Source of the DNA: Candidatus Bathyarchaeota archaeon | GTDB lineage: Archaea > Thermoproteota > Bathyarchaeia > Bathyarchaeales > Bathycorpusculaceae | DNA length: 64,000 nt | Assembly (NCBI GenBank): GCA_963782525.1 | Contig: CAWAKC010000003.1 | Span: 399,548-463,547, forward strand | Direction: 5' to 3' | In this document: one piece after another, positions 33,609-45,000 of the stretch | Numbering within the stretch: position 1 is the first letter of the stretch | How the letters are laid out: each line of letters begins with the position of its first letter | Program-made: the position numbers and the translations under genes | Notes under the pieces: generated by a model | The model's input: only the letters and a program-made list of their open reading frames with translations | The model's database searches: none | Told to the model about the DNA's origin: nothing

Positions 33609-33650
33609 AGTCTTCTTTGGATATTTCTCGACCGCAAACCGGGCAATGGA
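33609..33650 (-). repeat. Fourth fragment of the zinc-finger gene family
   Basis: Encodes HCPVCGREISKED; 24-bp exact match to 19981-20004. Confidence 0.7.
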
Positions 33651-34170
33651 TTCGAACCCCAGTGAAAGAGGCGACGTCGCCAACAAACTCAGTTTCTCCG
33701 CAGCTTTCCCTTTTTTTATTGCAATTTGCTTGAAGGGAAACAGGTTTTTTTTATGGCTTCTATAAAGCTAAAGTGGCGAAATCTCCCGCATATTTCCTTT
33801 TTTCTTTCTTCAGTCTAAATTGTTTTGAAACTAAGTACTTACTGTTCTGTGGAAAGTTAGGTTAGTGGCGATGTCTCAGCATTTCCTTTTTTATAGTGAA
33901 AAAACATATTCTCTTCAATATCAGCTTTAAAATTCTCGAAGGAATAATATGAAAGGACAAAAAGGGGATTGTTGATGGAAATTGGATGGAAATAGTTGGG
34001 GCAGTTATTGAAGTCGTAGTAAGTATGATCTTCATTGTACTTGGAGGCATTATGTTTTAATGCTATATTCAATAAATCCATTGATGGCTGTTGTTTGGGT
34101 AATATTTCTGCTAATTTGGCAAAATAGATAATGTTAGGATTTGTATCTTTCAGTAAAAAGTTTAGGACGA

Positions 34171-34821
34171 CTAGCCTGTAAACCAGTAGGTAGTCGTTCC
34201 AGTAAAGAGACTGTCGCCATCTAAGCCATGATTCATAGCATTTGTTATGATTGCTACGCCCGAGAATGTGACTCTCATCTCCATGTGTTTGCCGTTAATT
34301 ATGCCATGTCCACACCACTGTCCTGTAAGGCCGATTCCTAAGAATTTTGTTCCGTCAACTACCAAAAATGTTCCACCTGTATTAGTGGTTGCTGTGAAGG
34401 ACAGCCCATGATAAGTGTACATCGCGATTCCGGTGAACTCCCACGTACCTGCGCCACTGTATGATCCCACTGCACAAGTGTAGGTTCCATGGGTTACGCC
34501 GCTTCCGGTATAGGTACTTAGATAGAGCTCGCTATTACCTATGTTTTTACCTGTGATAATTCCCCACGGTGATCCGAAAACCTGTTGAATTTCTCCTGCG
34601 TCTCTGGTATGCATTATGTTGTCTTTTGTGAATCGTGTGCCTGGGTGATTGGGATCATCATAGCCAATGTTTGTGTTTTGAAAAGTTAGTTTTGGTAGAC
34701 ACGCAAAAGTAGGCGCAACCGAGGCAAACAGCATCAATAATACGATAGAAACAACAATTAAACCCTTTAGATTCTTCATTATCATTTCACCTCCTTCCTT
34801 ATTTTTTTCTTTAATTTGCAC
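34171..34821 (-). CDS. Secreted beta-rich hypothetical protein (true start probably ~34785)
   Basis: Signal peptide MKNLKGLIVVSIVLLMLFASVAPTFA; ggaggtga RBS. Confidence 0.7.
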   Translation of the reverse strand: MQIKEKNKEGGEMIMKNLKGLIVVSIVLLMLFASVAPTFACLPKLTFQNTNIGYDDPNHPGTRFTKDNIMHTRDAGEIQQVFGSPWGIITGKNIGNSELYLSTYTGSGVTHGTYTCAVGSYSGAGTWEFTGIAMYTYHGLSFTATTNTGGTFLVVDGTKFLGIGLTGQWCGHGIINGKHMEMRVTFSGVAIITNAMNHGLDGDSLFTGTTTYWFTG

Positions 34822-35047
34822 TCAGGTATTTTTTTTGATTCTTGGTTGAATAATTTCGTTCCTACAGTGTCATATGAGAGGAAAAATATGTAACTTTTTT
34901 TCACTAGATAAAACTTTCAAAAACAACTCAAACGTTGGAACAAACCATCAATTCATAGCAAATGAACGAAAAAGTCAAAAAAGTAGCTCAAAAACACCAT
35001 AAAACCGTGAAAATTCCACAATCAAGCTATTCAAGAACAGAATCAGC

Positions 35048-38000
35048 TTATTTATTTTTCATTATCCTCTGCTCAACCAGGAGTCTAATAGGCTCCTTCT
35101 CATAGCATATTCGTGCCTTAGTAATTTTTCCTCCGCGACCACGCTCCCCAGGAAAAACTCGCAATTCCACAAAGCCACGTCTCTCCAACTCGGAAAAGAT
35201 CTGTCCTTTGTGATGGATATTACCATAGACACTGAACTTTGGAACTTTTCCCTGTTTAATTATTTCAGTAAAAGTTCTCCAACCAGATTTTTCCAAAGCC
35301 AATTTTCGATGCATGTAGTCCTCGATAAATGAATCAACTAAAAAATCAAACGCTCGCTGAGAGGCCTCACTCTTAAATTCGCACTTGACGAGAGAGCCAC
35401 TGGTAGCAGACGAAGGCAAAACACAAATGGAAGATTCTTTAGCAACCTGTTGAGGCGGATCCAACTTTGAAACGTTGGATTCTCTATCAATTCTGACTGT
35501 TTTTAGCTTAACATTTACGCTTAATGGGTTAGGCTTTACTATTCTCTTTTCGTGTTGAGAATTGAGATAAATTACATGTGGGCTGAAGCTGAGAACTCCA
35601 GGTTTTTTGGCTTGCATACGAAGTTTGAACAAATCTACTTGAAAAGGACCAAACGGTTTGGCGTTAAGCACCAAAGACCCTCTTTGCACTTTGCAATTAG
35701 GCGAAATTGAAACCGCTTCTGCCTCTAAAGGAATTAAACCTTCAACATTGATAAGCTCACCGAATCCCCTGCCAACATTGACCAAAGCAAGTCGAACTTC
35801 AAACGATTCGCTCACTTCAACTTCTTTTGTAGCGGTAAATGATGCCTGCAAATTGGCGTTAGCAAAATGACGCCCGATTTCTTCATATGTGAGAGCCAAC
35901 TTTCTCGCTTCCTCCTGTTGTACTTTTGCGTCTGCAAGGCGGTTCTGCTTATCTAGAACCAATGCATAGTCTGCCCTTGTCCAAGCCTCTAAGGGCACTT
36001 TTTCCAGAGTAGTCTTAAGCAAATTGAGACTAGTTTCATAACAGTCGTTTGCCTCTTTCCATTGATTCTTGGCGGCAAAGAAAACCGCCTTTGACCAAGT
36101 CGCCACAGCGATAGCCTGAGTATTGCCGGGGGTTATTTTGCTATCAGGGAAATTGTTCAAGAGTTGCTCAAAACACCGCCCTGCTTGCTCCATATCGCCA
36201 AGTTTTGTGTATTGTCTTAAGAGATTGGCGCAATTCATCTGGCGCATGCCAATCGAATTTTCTTTTTGAGCAGAGACTAACCCCCTTAAACTTGTTTCAA
36301 TTGCCTCCTTGAATGAGCCTATAGATTCCAGTAAGGCTCCTTGGTAAAGTCCGACCCAAGCCAGAGTGTTATAATCACCTATCTTTTCCGCAATCTTTAT
36401 TGCCACTGCATATTTGTCGAGGGCTTCCTTAACAAAACCGCAATGGTGCCCAAAAACTATGGCTCCCCATAAGGACGCTTGCATCTGGCCTCTAATATCA
36501 CTCAGTTCCTCATAGAGAAAGATCGACAGCTGCGTTGCGTTTACTGCTTTATCCATCTGAAGATCCAGTGCGTACATGTGAGCCAATCTAAAAAGTGCAT
36601 CTGCAATGTCCAAAAAAGAGTTGTTTTCCTCAAAAACGCGTAATGAATCCTCAAGTTGTTGTACAGCGACACTGACCTTTCCTTCCCATCCATTACTTTT
36701 TCCTATAGACATTTGCAAACGTGCAGCCTCAAGTTTATCGAGTGTCAAGTATGGTATAATTTTGCTTTCTAATCCTCTAACATGAACTACTACATCTGCA
36801 TCAGCTCGCCAGAATGCAGCTTGAAAAGCCTTTCTGTAAGCCCGCACACCTGCCACGCCAGTTTGTGTTGTGATTATTCTCTCATATGCTTCTATGGCGT
36901 CATCGAACGTCCCCAGTGCAGAGTATGCATCTCCAAGTCCTTCTTGTGCCAAAAGTCTTTCTTTGGCAAATTCCTCGGATTGCGGTGCAATTTGGAGGAT
37001 ATAAGTAAAATGTTTGACGGCTTCTAAGTTACTGTATCTTAAAAGGGCGTCTTCTCCTGCGGATAACGAATATTTGATGGATTTTTCTTTGTTTCCAGCT
37101 CTGGTATAATGGAATGCTAAGTCACCAAATGATTGAGATTGAAAACCTTTCATATTAGATTCGATTTTTTCGGCAATTCGAAGATGATACACCTGTCTTA
37201 ATGGCGGAAGAATTTCCTCGTACAACACGTCCCTAGATTTAGCGTGGTCAAACCTGAACGTGTTGTCTTCACAACAAACCAACGAATTGGAACGTGCAAT
37301 TGCATTCAATGTTTCGAGTATGTGCAAACTATCTTGATCCAGAGCACTCTCAAGCAATTCAGGGTCAAATTTATCTCCAACGACAGAAGCGGCATCCAAA
37401 ACTCTTCTTTGCTCAAACTTCAATGTACTCAATCGTCGAAGGATAATATCCTTAACCTTAGTAGGCGTCCCCAACTTGTCAACAGAAATAGACCACACAC
37501 CGCCTGCATTAATGAAACTCCCTTGTTCATCCAGCAACCTTAAAGACTCAACTACAAAAAGAGGGTTGCCTTGACTTCCCGCCGCAAGCTTCTCCGCCAA
37601 CTCTTGATGAATCGTTCCAGACAACATACTTTCAGCAATTTTGGTAACCTCAGACTGGCTAAGGTTCCCCAGCTTAATCTCATTGAAGAGGTTTTCTCTC
37701 CCCATGAGCCGCAAAGTCTCGGCAAGCGAGTTAGGCTGCCCTTCCACGGCAAATCCTATTTCCTCGCTCCTGAAAGTAGCCAAAATAAGGATTCTCTCAG
37801 AAACTATCATACGCGAAAGATAGTGAAGAAGCGCCAGCGACGCTGAATCAGCCCAATGAACATCCTCGATGAACAGGATCAGCGGCTTATTGTTTGAAAG
37901 ATTAAGAAGTTCCTCAGTTACAGCTATAAAAGTCTGATCTTTCCATGCCTGAGGCGAAGAGACTTCAAATCTTTGGTCACCCTCAATTTTTATTGTTCTC

Positions 38001-38338
38001 ATCAGCCACGATTTTAAACCCAACTGCTGAGAAGACAACCCCAAACCATCTTCCTTACCCTCGGACAAGTAAGAGTCAAAAGCTTCTACAAACGGGAAGT
38101 AAGGAACAGCTGCGTTGCTAAGACACCACCCAGCCAAAATGGTAACTTCTTTTCTTCGGGAAACCTCGAGAAACTCGTTTGAAAGCCTTGTTTTCCCACT
38201 CCCTGCCTCTCCCGAAATAAAAACAGTTGTCCCATTTCCTAGAACCGCCGACTCCAAAAAACCCTGCAGTTCCTCGAGTTCACTTTCTCTTCCGACAAGA
38301 ATTGGTTCATCCAAAATCCGAGTCTTTAACCTTTCCAA
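35048..38338 (-). CDS. AAA_16/STAND-like ATPase with TPR repeats, Ig-like domain and C-terminal wHTH-like domain
   Basis: LVGRESEL, ISGEAGSGKTRL, LFIEDVHWAD, SQGNPLFVVE, FRFDH, TPRs, GWRT...GERGRGG tail. Confidence 0.88.
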   Translation of the reverse strand: MERLKTRILDEPILVGRESELEELQGFLESAVLGNGTTVFISGEAGSGKTRLSNEFLEVSRRKEVTILAGWCLSNAAVPYFPFVEAFDSYLSEGKEDGLGLSSQQLGLKSWLMRTIKIEGDQRFEVSSPQAWKDQTFIAVTEELLNLSNNKPLILFIEDVHWADSASLALLHYLSRMIVSERILILATFRSEEIGFAVEGQPNSLAETLRLMGRENLFNEIKLGNLSQSEVTKIAESMLSGTIHQELAEKLAAGSQGNPLFVVESLRLLDEQGSFINAGGVWSISVDKLGTPTKVKDIILRRLSTLKFEQRRVLDAASVVGDKFDPELLESALDQDSLHILETLNAIARSNSLVCCEDNTFRFDHAKSRDVLYEEILPPLRQVYHLRIAEKIESNMKGFQSQSFGDLAFHYTRAGNKEKSIKYSLSAGEDALLRYSNLEAVKHFTYILQIAPQSEEFAKERLLAQEGLGDAYSALGTFDDAIEAYERIITTQTGVAGVRAYRKAFQAAFWRADADVVVHVRGLESKIIPYLTLDKLEAARLQMSIGKSNGWEGKVSVAVQQLEDSLRVFEENNSFLDIADALFRLAHMYALDLQMDKAVNATQLSIFLYEELSDIRGQMQASLWGAIVFGHHCGFVKEALDKYAVAIKIAEKIGDYNTLAWVGLYQGALLESIGSFKEAIETSLRGLVSAQKENSIGMRQMNCANLLRQYTKLGDMEQAGRCFEQLLNNFPDSKITPGNTQAIAVATWSKAVFFAAKNQWKEANDCYETSLNLLKTTLEKVPLEAWTRADYALVLDKQNRLADAKVQQEEARKLALTYEEIGRHFANANLQASFTATKEVEVSESFEVRLALVNVGRGFGELINVEGLIPLEAEAVSISPNCKVQRGSLVLNAKPFGPFQVDLFKLRMQAKKPGVLSFSPHVIYLNSQHEKRIVKPNPLSVNVKLKTVRIDRESNVSKLDPPQQVAKESSICVLPSSATSGSLVKCEFKSEASQRAFDFLVDSFIEDYMHRKLALEKSGWRTFTEIIKQGKVPKFSVYGNIHHKGQIFSELERRGFVELRVFPGERGRGGKITKARICYEKEPIRLLVEQRIMKNK

Positions 38339-38495
38339 ATCGAAGGAGACCCCTTATACCAATATCGTATAACCTCATATATTTCATTTACGTGCGCGCT
38401 CTTTTCAACATATGTTTTTTACCTTTGTAAATAATGGTTTTGTCAAAAATATTTTATAGTGCGATAGTATGGGAAGTGTTAAACGAGCTGGGCGC

Positions 38496-38521
38496 TCATG
38501 CCATTTTATGAGCGCGCGCTT
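38496..38521. terminator. Intergenic hairpin (gcgctcat/atgagcgc), possible terminator or regulatory site
   Basis: 8-bp perfect stem downstream of the 38584 gene, near a T-tract on the minus strand. Confidence 0.3.
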
Positions 38522-38583
38522 AACAGTGAAATTCATTCATAGGCGTTAATAAAGTACAAAAAGGAAAAAAAGAGTTAGATGGA

Positions 38584-38934
38584 TTATTTTTGGAGGCTAT
38601 TCATTATTACTTGAGCATCATTGATGAGCAATTGCGCCGCTTGAACTTCTATATGCTTACCGGATTGGGCTTCCACATGTTGAATAAAGGCATTGAGTGC
38701 ACTTATAGTTCCTTGAATATCCCCTTGGTTTAGAAGCGCCTGAGCATTGTCTAATTGCGAATTCAATGAATGTGCGGTTCCCGCGTTATTTATTGCGCCA
38801 CTTGCTAAGTCCACATCCACTATATCGGACGTTCCCCCAATCGAAGGAACATTGAATCTTTGAATACAGTGATTAGCACAATCGGCTACGCAGACGTTTC
38901 CTGATCCATCAACAGCCACACCAGTAGCGCGCAT
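38584..38934 (-). pseudogene. C-terminal remnant of an NHL-repeat protein with FIMAH-like domain
   Basis: One NHL blade GVAVDGSGNVCVADCANHCIQRF, then LNAFIQHVEAQSGKHI. Confidence 0.65.
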
Positions 38935-39662
38935 GGTTGTTCCGAAATTGGTTAAAAGTGGTCAATTCTCATTTTTGCTCTCACTCATGCTGAATAGTTC
39001 CATTCAAAGAACATGCTTTAGCATGAGACCTAAACGCCAAAAGCGGACTTTTAACCATTTATAACCATTTTAGGAACACCCACGCGCGCTGGCTAAACCT
39101 TAAAGCAATTGTCATAGAGAGTTTGCATTTGCTCTTTTCTCTTAAATTGTTCAGAGCCTAAGCAAACCTCTTCTTTTTTTGCATAAACAAAACTGTATTA
39201 GAATTGATACGGAGCAATTTAGGAATTACAAGTCGAGACCATTTGGAAATGGCAGACCCACAACTTAGAACTTAGGAGTCTATCCTCTGTTTTCTTCCTT
39301 TCCTGGGGGTTGCAGGGGATGCCAGCCAAACCCTCGGTGCTTTTACAGTAGTGATTGGAGTTTATCATCGGTCAGGACATTATCCCTTCTGATGTGTATT
39401 CTATTATTCAGTTAAGGCATAAGATTTTTGGGAATAGAGTCTATAAGGATTTGATATCGACGAATACATCTGCCAGGGCTGTCGAAATGAGGCCACTTAC
39501 TCAAATGAGAAGTTGCTGCTGCTGATGCTGCTGCAAATCGATTTTGCACATTGACTGTTGCATCTATCAAAACTAAACTCATATTACAGCATTTAATCTG
39601 AGCCCTTGGTCGGCAGCATGTTTTTATCTTACAAAAACAGTATACTTTTTTGGTAATACTAA

Positions 39663-39893
39663 ATGTGTGCACAAGCAACTGTTTGCGCAAAAGTTCCTGC
39701 CGAACTTAAAGAAAAATTAGCCAGCTTAGGGGTGAATGTAAGCGAGCTAATACGTGAACATCTGCAAGCAGAAGTAGACCGCTTGGAAAAAGAGCGCCTA
39801 CAAAAAACTGCCCACGAAGTATCAGCTATCCTAAAAAAGATTCCACCAGAAGAATTCATTGAATCCGTTAGAGCCACCAGGGAAAGTAGATGA
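39663..39893 (+). CDS. VapB/CcdA-like antitoxin (copy 1)
   Basis: TVCAKVPAELKEKLASLGVNVSELIR; overlaps a PIN gene. Confidence 0.8.
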   Translation: MCAQATVCAKVPAELKEKLASLGVNVSELIREHLQAEVDRLEKERLQKTAHEVSAILKKIPPEEFIESVRATRESR

Positions 39894-40318
39894 CGCAGCC
39901 CAAATTGCTATTTGACGCCAATGCCATCTATAACCTCATTAGAGAGGATCCAAATGATGCCGTAGATATATTGACTGAAGGCGCAACAATCCAATTAGCA
40001 TACTACGAGCTCGGCAACGCCTTGTGGCGAGAATGCCTTCTGCTTAAAAGAATAAGCGTACAAGAGGCTGATAAGTCACTTTGTTTTATGTACGAAATTC
40101 TAAAACGAATGCAGATAGCATCACTGGATATTGACACGGGGCGCCAAGTGTTGGATGTAGCTTGTAAATTTAATTTGACGTTTTATGACTCAGCTTATCT
40201 TACTGAGGCAAAGAAATCTAACACGCCTTTGGTTACCGACGATAAGAAACTTGCCCGGGCAGCAGAAAACTTTGGCATAAAAACATTCTCCAGCATGGCT
40301 ACTGTAAACAACCGATAG
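39890..40318 (+). CDS. vapC: VapC PIN toxin (copy 1)
   Basis: LLFDANA, YELGNALW, LTFYDSAY, LVTDD. Confidence 0.9.
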   Translation: MTQPKLLFDANAIYNLIREDPNDAVDILTEGATIQLAYYELGNALWRECLLLKRISVQEADKSLCFMYEILKRMQIASLDIDTGRQVLDVACKFNLTFYDSAYLTEAKKSNTPLVTDDKKLARAAENFGIKTFSSMATVNNR

Positions 40319-40325
40319 CATGGAC

Positions 40326-40637
40326 TTATGCCAACTCAACGGTTAACCTGTAAACTTCAAACAGAGGCTCGTAGATGATGCCTTCGTTTAGGCAATCTTT
40401 AATGAGCTGCTCAGTTTCTTGCGGTTTAGTTTTTGCTTCTATTATAATATCTGACTTTTTCGCACCGTATTCTCCACTTGAGTGATATTTTCGGATTATT
40501 CTGATAATATCGCGGTATTTCACATTTAGCGATACCAAGTTTTCATTCCCTGATATTGGACTGGCAAGCAAATCTGCCCACACGTCATAAACATATTCAA
40601 AATTCCACTTAAAGAACGCATCAAAGACTTTAGACAC
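40326..40637 (-). CDS. Small protein with C-terminal winged helix (possibly truncated)
   Basis: TEQLIKDCLNEGIIYEP. Confidence 0.5.
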   Translation of the reverse strand: MSKVFDAFFKWNFEYVYDVWADLLASPISGNENLVSLNVKYRDIIRIIRKYHSSGEYGAKKSDIIIEAKTKPQETEQLIKDCLNEGIIYEPLFEVYRLTVELA

Positions 40638-41135
40638 AACTTGAGGGTTAGCAATTCTGATTATTTTCTCTTCATAATTTTGGTTTTTGATTGCTTGTTC
40701 TATGTTTTTTCTTTGTTTGTTCTTTTTAGGTGGATCAGATCAAGACAATCACAACTTCCAGGTTTCGGCTAATAAGGAAATACTAGTAACTGCTAACCGG
40801 TTTGTATGCGAGCGCCGTCTTTGGAGAGGGTTCACTTTAAAGTTTCATAACAACTTTTAATTGCATTAACAGAAAAAACGAAAGCAACCAATTTTATGTT
40901 AAAGGAGCGATATCTATTTGTGTCTAATGTCTAATTACTACAAGAACCAGTCCTAACCTTGAACCCAATCCAGACCAGACTTTGTGAAATAAAACGAAAA
41001 AACAATCGCTAACTAAACAGCTCTATTTTCAATTGAAATAGGGTTCTGTAAAAAATGTTCTCTCTCTTTTGATGCGTTTGAGGCATTCTGCATAAAATAT
41101 TAATACTCAATCATACATATACTAATCCGCAAGAA

Positions 41136-41909
41136 TTGTCGATGTTCCAAAGTTTTCCCATTAAAAAAATTATTTTTGGGGGAAAAACGGTGATTGTTAG
41201 AGCCGGATTAATTAGAAACATCAAAGTTGTTACCAAAGACAATAAATCCCTTGGCACCCTCGTCAACATCATTTTCAGCACTAACCCGAAATTACTCGGA
41301 CGGGCAAAAATTCTTATTTTTCCTGAATTGGTGAACTCGCTGAAAGAAGAATTGATTGATGCGGTTATTGAAGTAGCAGGCAATAGCATAGCAGATAACA
41401 TAAATGTTAAGTCCGCTAAAAAAACTATAGAAAACACAACCAACAAAGTGAACGAACTTGTCAAGCGGGGCTTTAGCAAAGAAGAAGCAGAAAGAATCGC
41501 CAAGTTCTACCTCGTTCCAATTACTAAAGTTTCGGCTATAAAAGAAAGACAGCAACTAGTCTTGAACGAAGCCTTCCAAGATATCGATTCGGACTTTTGC
41601 TTCACAGATAAGCAATCGGTCTCCGAAGAAGAGAAAGCCTTCTACTGCGGTGGTGCGCCAAATGACGGTCGGTTGTGGTCATGCTCCCTAAACCTCACTC
41701 ATATGCAGAATTTGCCGGTGGAAGATCCAAGCGGAGAAGGCGGCGAAATCGAGAGCATTGAGATGGACACTTCCGCTGGTATAGTGAAAAATCTAATTGT
41801 TTCAACTGTAGGCGAATCTGCAGGAAGGTACCTTGTTAACTTAAAAGAATTTGACTTCACGAAAATGGCAAGTTCAAAAGCCTTCAAAGACTGCGATTTG
41901 TGTTCCTAA
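41136..41909 (+). CDS. PRC-barrel-like domain protein
   Basis: KVVTKDNKSLGTLVNI and VEDPSGEGGEIESIEMD...VKNLIV. Confidence 0.5.
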   Translation: MSMFQSFPIKKIIFGGKTVIVRAGLIRNIKVVTKDNKSLGTLVNIIFSTNPKLLGRAKILIFPELVNSLKEELIDAVIEVAGNSIADNINVKSAKKTIENTTNKVNELVKRGFSKEEAERIAKFYLVPITKVSAIKERQQLVLNEAFQDIDSDFCFTDKQSVSEEEKAFYCGGAPNDGRLWSCSLNLTHMQNLPVEDPSGEGGEIESIEMDTSAGIVKNLIVSTVGESAGRYLVNLKEFDFTKMASSKAFKDCDLCS

Positions 41910-42010
41910 CTAACTAAAGCCTTCGTCGGAGACTGAAACCGAACAGCTCACAGATACCAAGAAGACGCAATCAAACTCGCATCTCATTTACCTCGAAAGG
42001 AGAATAGAAT

Positions 42011-45000
42011 ATGAGTAAAGAAAGAGGTAAACCAACGATAACCCCAATTGAAGCCCAAATAAGGGCGAATCTTGGGGCAGAAGCATCAGCAGCGAGCATA
42101 CACCCAACAAGAACAACGAGATTTGCTCCTTACTCTACTCGAGTCTTCAAAAAAATATGCGCTTCTCCTTTGACTCTGCGAAAAAATAAAAGCGGGATGC
42201 ACAGAAAAATCTTAGGATACGTTATTCTGTTTCTTATCTGCATATCTATTGCTCTAGTAATGACACCCTCGGTGGTTGAGGCTGCTAATTTTTCAACCAA
42301 CGCATACATTTGGGTAGAGCCTTCAATTATCGGTGTTGGCCAAAAAGTCGAGATTTCGATGTCGGTTTACCCATTCCCTCCAACCGGGAATGTTTTCCAT
42401 AATTACAGAGTCATCATTACGAAACCTGATGGAGTTAATGAAACATTAGGGCCTTTCTCGTCTGACACTACAGGATTTGCAGCCACACAATATGTGGCAC
42501 AACAAGTTGGCACCTTCCACGCGCAGTTTTTTTTTCAAAGAGAAGTTTTCAATGGAGGAGATAGCTACAACGCCAGCGTTAGTAGCTCCACAACGTTCAT
42601 TGTACAACAAAACCCTGTGAGTATGCATTTGACTATTGCTATTTCGGGTTCAGGTTCCACTAACCCCGTTCCAGGCGTTTATAGTTACAACCCCGGCGAC
42701 AACGTTTCAGTTACTGCTCTGCCCGCTCCTGGCTGGATTTTTTCATACTGGGGAGATGAAAGCAACTCCAATCCGTACAACCTGACGATGTTTGCAGACA
42801 AGTATTTGGAAGCATATTTCACACAGATTCAATACAGTTTAAACAACACAGTCACCGGTTCAGGCACCATCAATCCCTCTCCTGGAATCCATCAATATGC
42901 ATCAGGTACAGTTGTGAATGTAAGTGCGACCCCCAATTCAGGATGGATTCTTAGTTCCTTGATGCTAAACGGTGTTAACGTTGGTTCTGCTAGTCCTTAC
43001 TACTTATTGATGGATGCTAACAAGACCTTGACGGCTGTGTTCACACCGATCCCCTCCAGTTTGAACATCACAGTTACCGGTTCAGGAACCACTAATCCTG
43101 CTCTTGGAATACATCAATACACACCGGGTACGGTTGTGAGCGTCAATGCAATCCCTGGTTCGGGATGGAGTTTTGGCTACTGGATGCTAAACGGAGTGAA
43201 TGTTAGTTCTTTTAGTCCTTACTCTGTAACGATGGATGCAAATAAGACCTTGACAGCAGTTTTCACACAAAATCTCTACAGCTTGAACATCACAGTTACC
43301 GGTTCAGGAACCACTAATCCAACACCCGGAGTTCACCAATACCTATCAGGCACAATCGTGAGTGCCAGCGCCACCCCAACATCAGGATGGACCCTTAGTT
43401 CCTGGACCTTAAACGGAGTCAATGTGGGGTCCGGCAATCCATACTCCGTAACGATGGATGCCAACAAGACTTTAACAGCAGTGTTCGTTCCGATTCAGTA
43501 CAGGTTGACCACATCAGTTAGCGGTTCGGGTACCATTAGTCCTGCTCCTGGAAGCTACCAATATCAATCAGGTGCAGTTGTGAATGTAACCGCAACCCCA
43601 AATTCAGGATGGATGCTTAGCTCCCTGGTGCTTAACGGTGTTAATGTTAGTTCTGTTAGTCCTTACTACCTGTCGATGGATTCTAACGATTCCTTGACAG
43701 CAGTGTTCACCCAAATCCCATACACTTTGAACATCTCGGTCACCGGCTCAGGAACCACGAATCCTACACCTGCAGTTCGCCAATACCTATCAGGTACAGT
43801 AGTAGGCGTCAGTGCCATCCCGTCATCTGGATGGACACTAAGTAGCTGGATGCTAAACGGAGTAAACGAAGGCATCAATAGTCCTTACACCGTAACAATG
43901 GATGCCGACAAAACCCTCACAGCTGTATTCACACAACAACCTGCCTACACCTTAAGCACTGTAGTGTCTGGCTCAGGCAACATCAGCCCTGACCCTGGAG
44001 GTCACCAATATGCGGCAGGCACAGCTGTAAGCGTTAGTGCGGCTCCAGCTTCAGGTTGGACATTCAGTTACTGGCTGCTCAACGGGGTCAACGTTGGTAG
44101 CACTTCTACCTACACCGTTTCAATGAACGCTGACAATACATTAACAGCGGTATTCAAGCAACAGCCCCCCTTAACAGCTCAACTGACTATTAGCGTCCAA
44201 GGATCTGGCAGCACCAGTCCAGCCGTCGGCAATCATACTTATGACTTGGGCACCTCCCTGCAGGTTACAGCTCAACCCAATGCAAACTGGAGCTTTAACT
44301 GTTGGCTGCTCAACAACAATAACATCAGCCAAGCCCTCAACTACTTAGTGACGATGAACGGTGATCAATCCTTAGTCGCTATATTCCAACAGAACAATTT
44401 ACGTCCAAGCGCCGTGATCGATTCCATCGGACCCAGTTCAGCCACAGTTGGACAACAAGTTACCCTCAGTGGCCACGGAAATGACACTGACGGCGTCATC
44501 ACAGGATATCGCTGGATCTCAGACATCGATGGGTTGCTTAGCACTTTGCCCAGTTTCTCCATTAGTAATCTCTCAGTGGGGACCCACAGGATATCCTTCC
44601 AAGTGCAAGACAACAACGGAGACTGGTCAATCAAAAGCGAACAAGCCATAACGATTGAAGAATCAACGTCTCTGAGTCTGGTGGCGATTTCAGTTGCTGC
44701 AGTGGCAGGATCCATAATCCTAACCGGTGGCCTGATTCTTTTCCGAGGCAAACTGAGCAATTTTTTCAGATCCAAAGTTAGATTCAAAAAAAACACCGAT
44801 ACCGAAAACCAAAAAGAAAAAGAAGAAAAGAAGAAAAAGCAGAAAGAAAAAAATTCCCTAGAATTGAATGCTACTCTACCCCCAAGAATAATGGAATCAA
44901 GACTATATGATGCCCAAATCAACGTAAAGAACACAGGCAACTCTAACGTAAAAGATATCGTGATTAGGGCTCAAGCTACACCCGGAATTTCAATAAGCAG

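Larger units (their letters stand above)
39409..40325 (+). repeat. Direct repeat copy 1 (~915 bp, contains a vapBC module)
   Basis: Near-identical to 48323-49239 at offset 8914. Confidence 0.95.

Noticed and set aside
33638-33665. ggattcgaacccc, resembling an antisense tRNA T-arm
   Set aside because: No acceptor or anticodon arm; the adjacent bases are explained as a zinc-finger gene fragment (HCPVCGREISKED).
39412-39690. Minus-strand 92-aa ORF conserved in both repeat copies (also 48326..48604)
   Set aside because: Conservation follows from the recent duplication; no recognisable motif, and it overlaps the antitoxin promoter.
42011-42196. N-terminal 62 aa of the surface protein as annotated
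   Set aside because: The signal peptide begins at ATG 42197; the upstream part looks like the antisense remnant of a membrane-protein gene.
42625-44390. CRISPR-like or DGR-like periodic repeats
   Set aside because: These are ~222-bp in-frame coding repeats with no spacers and no reverse transcriptase.
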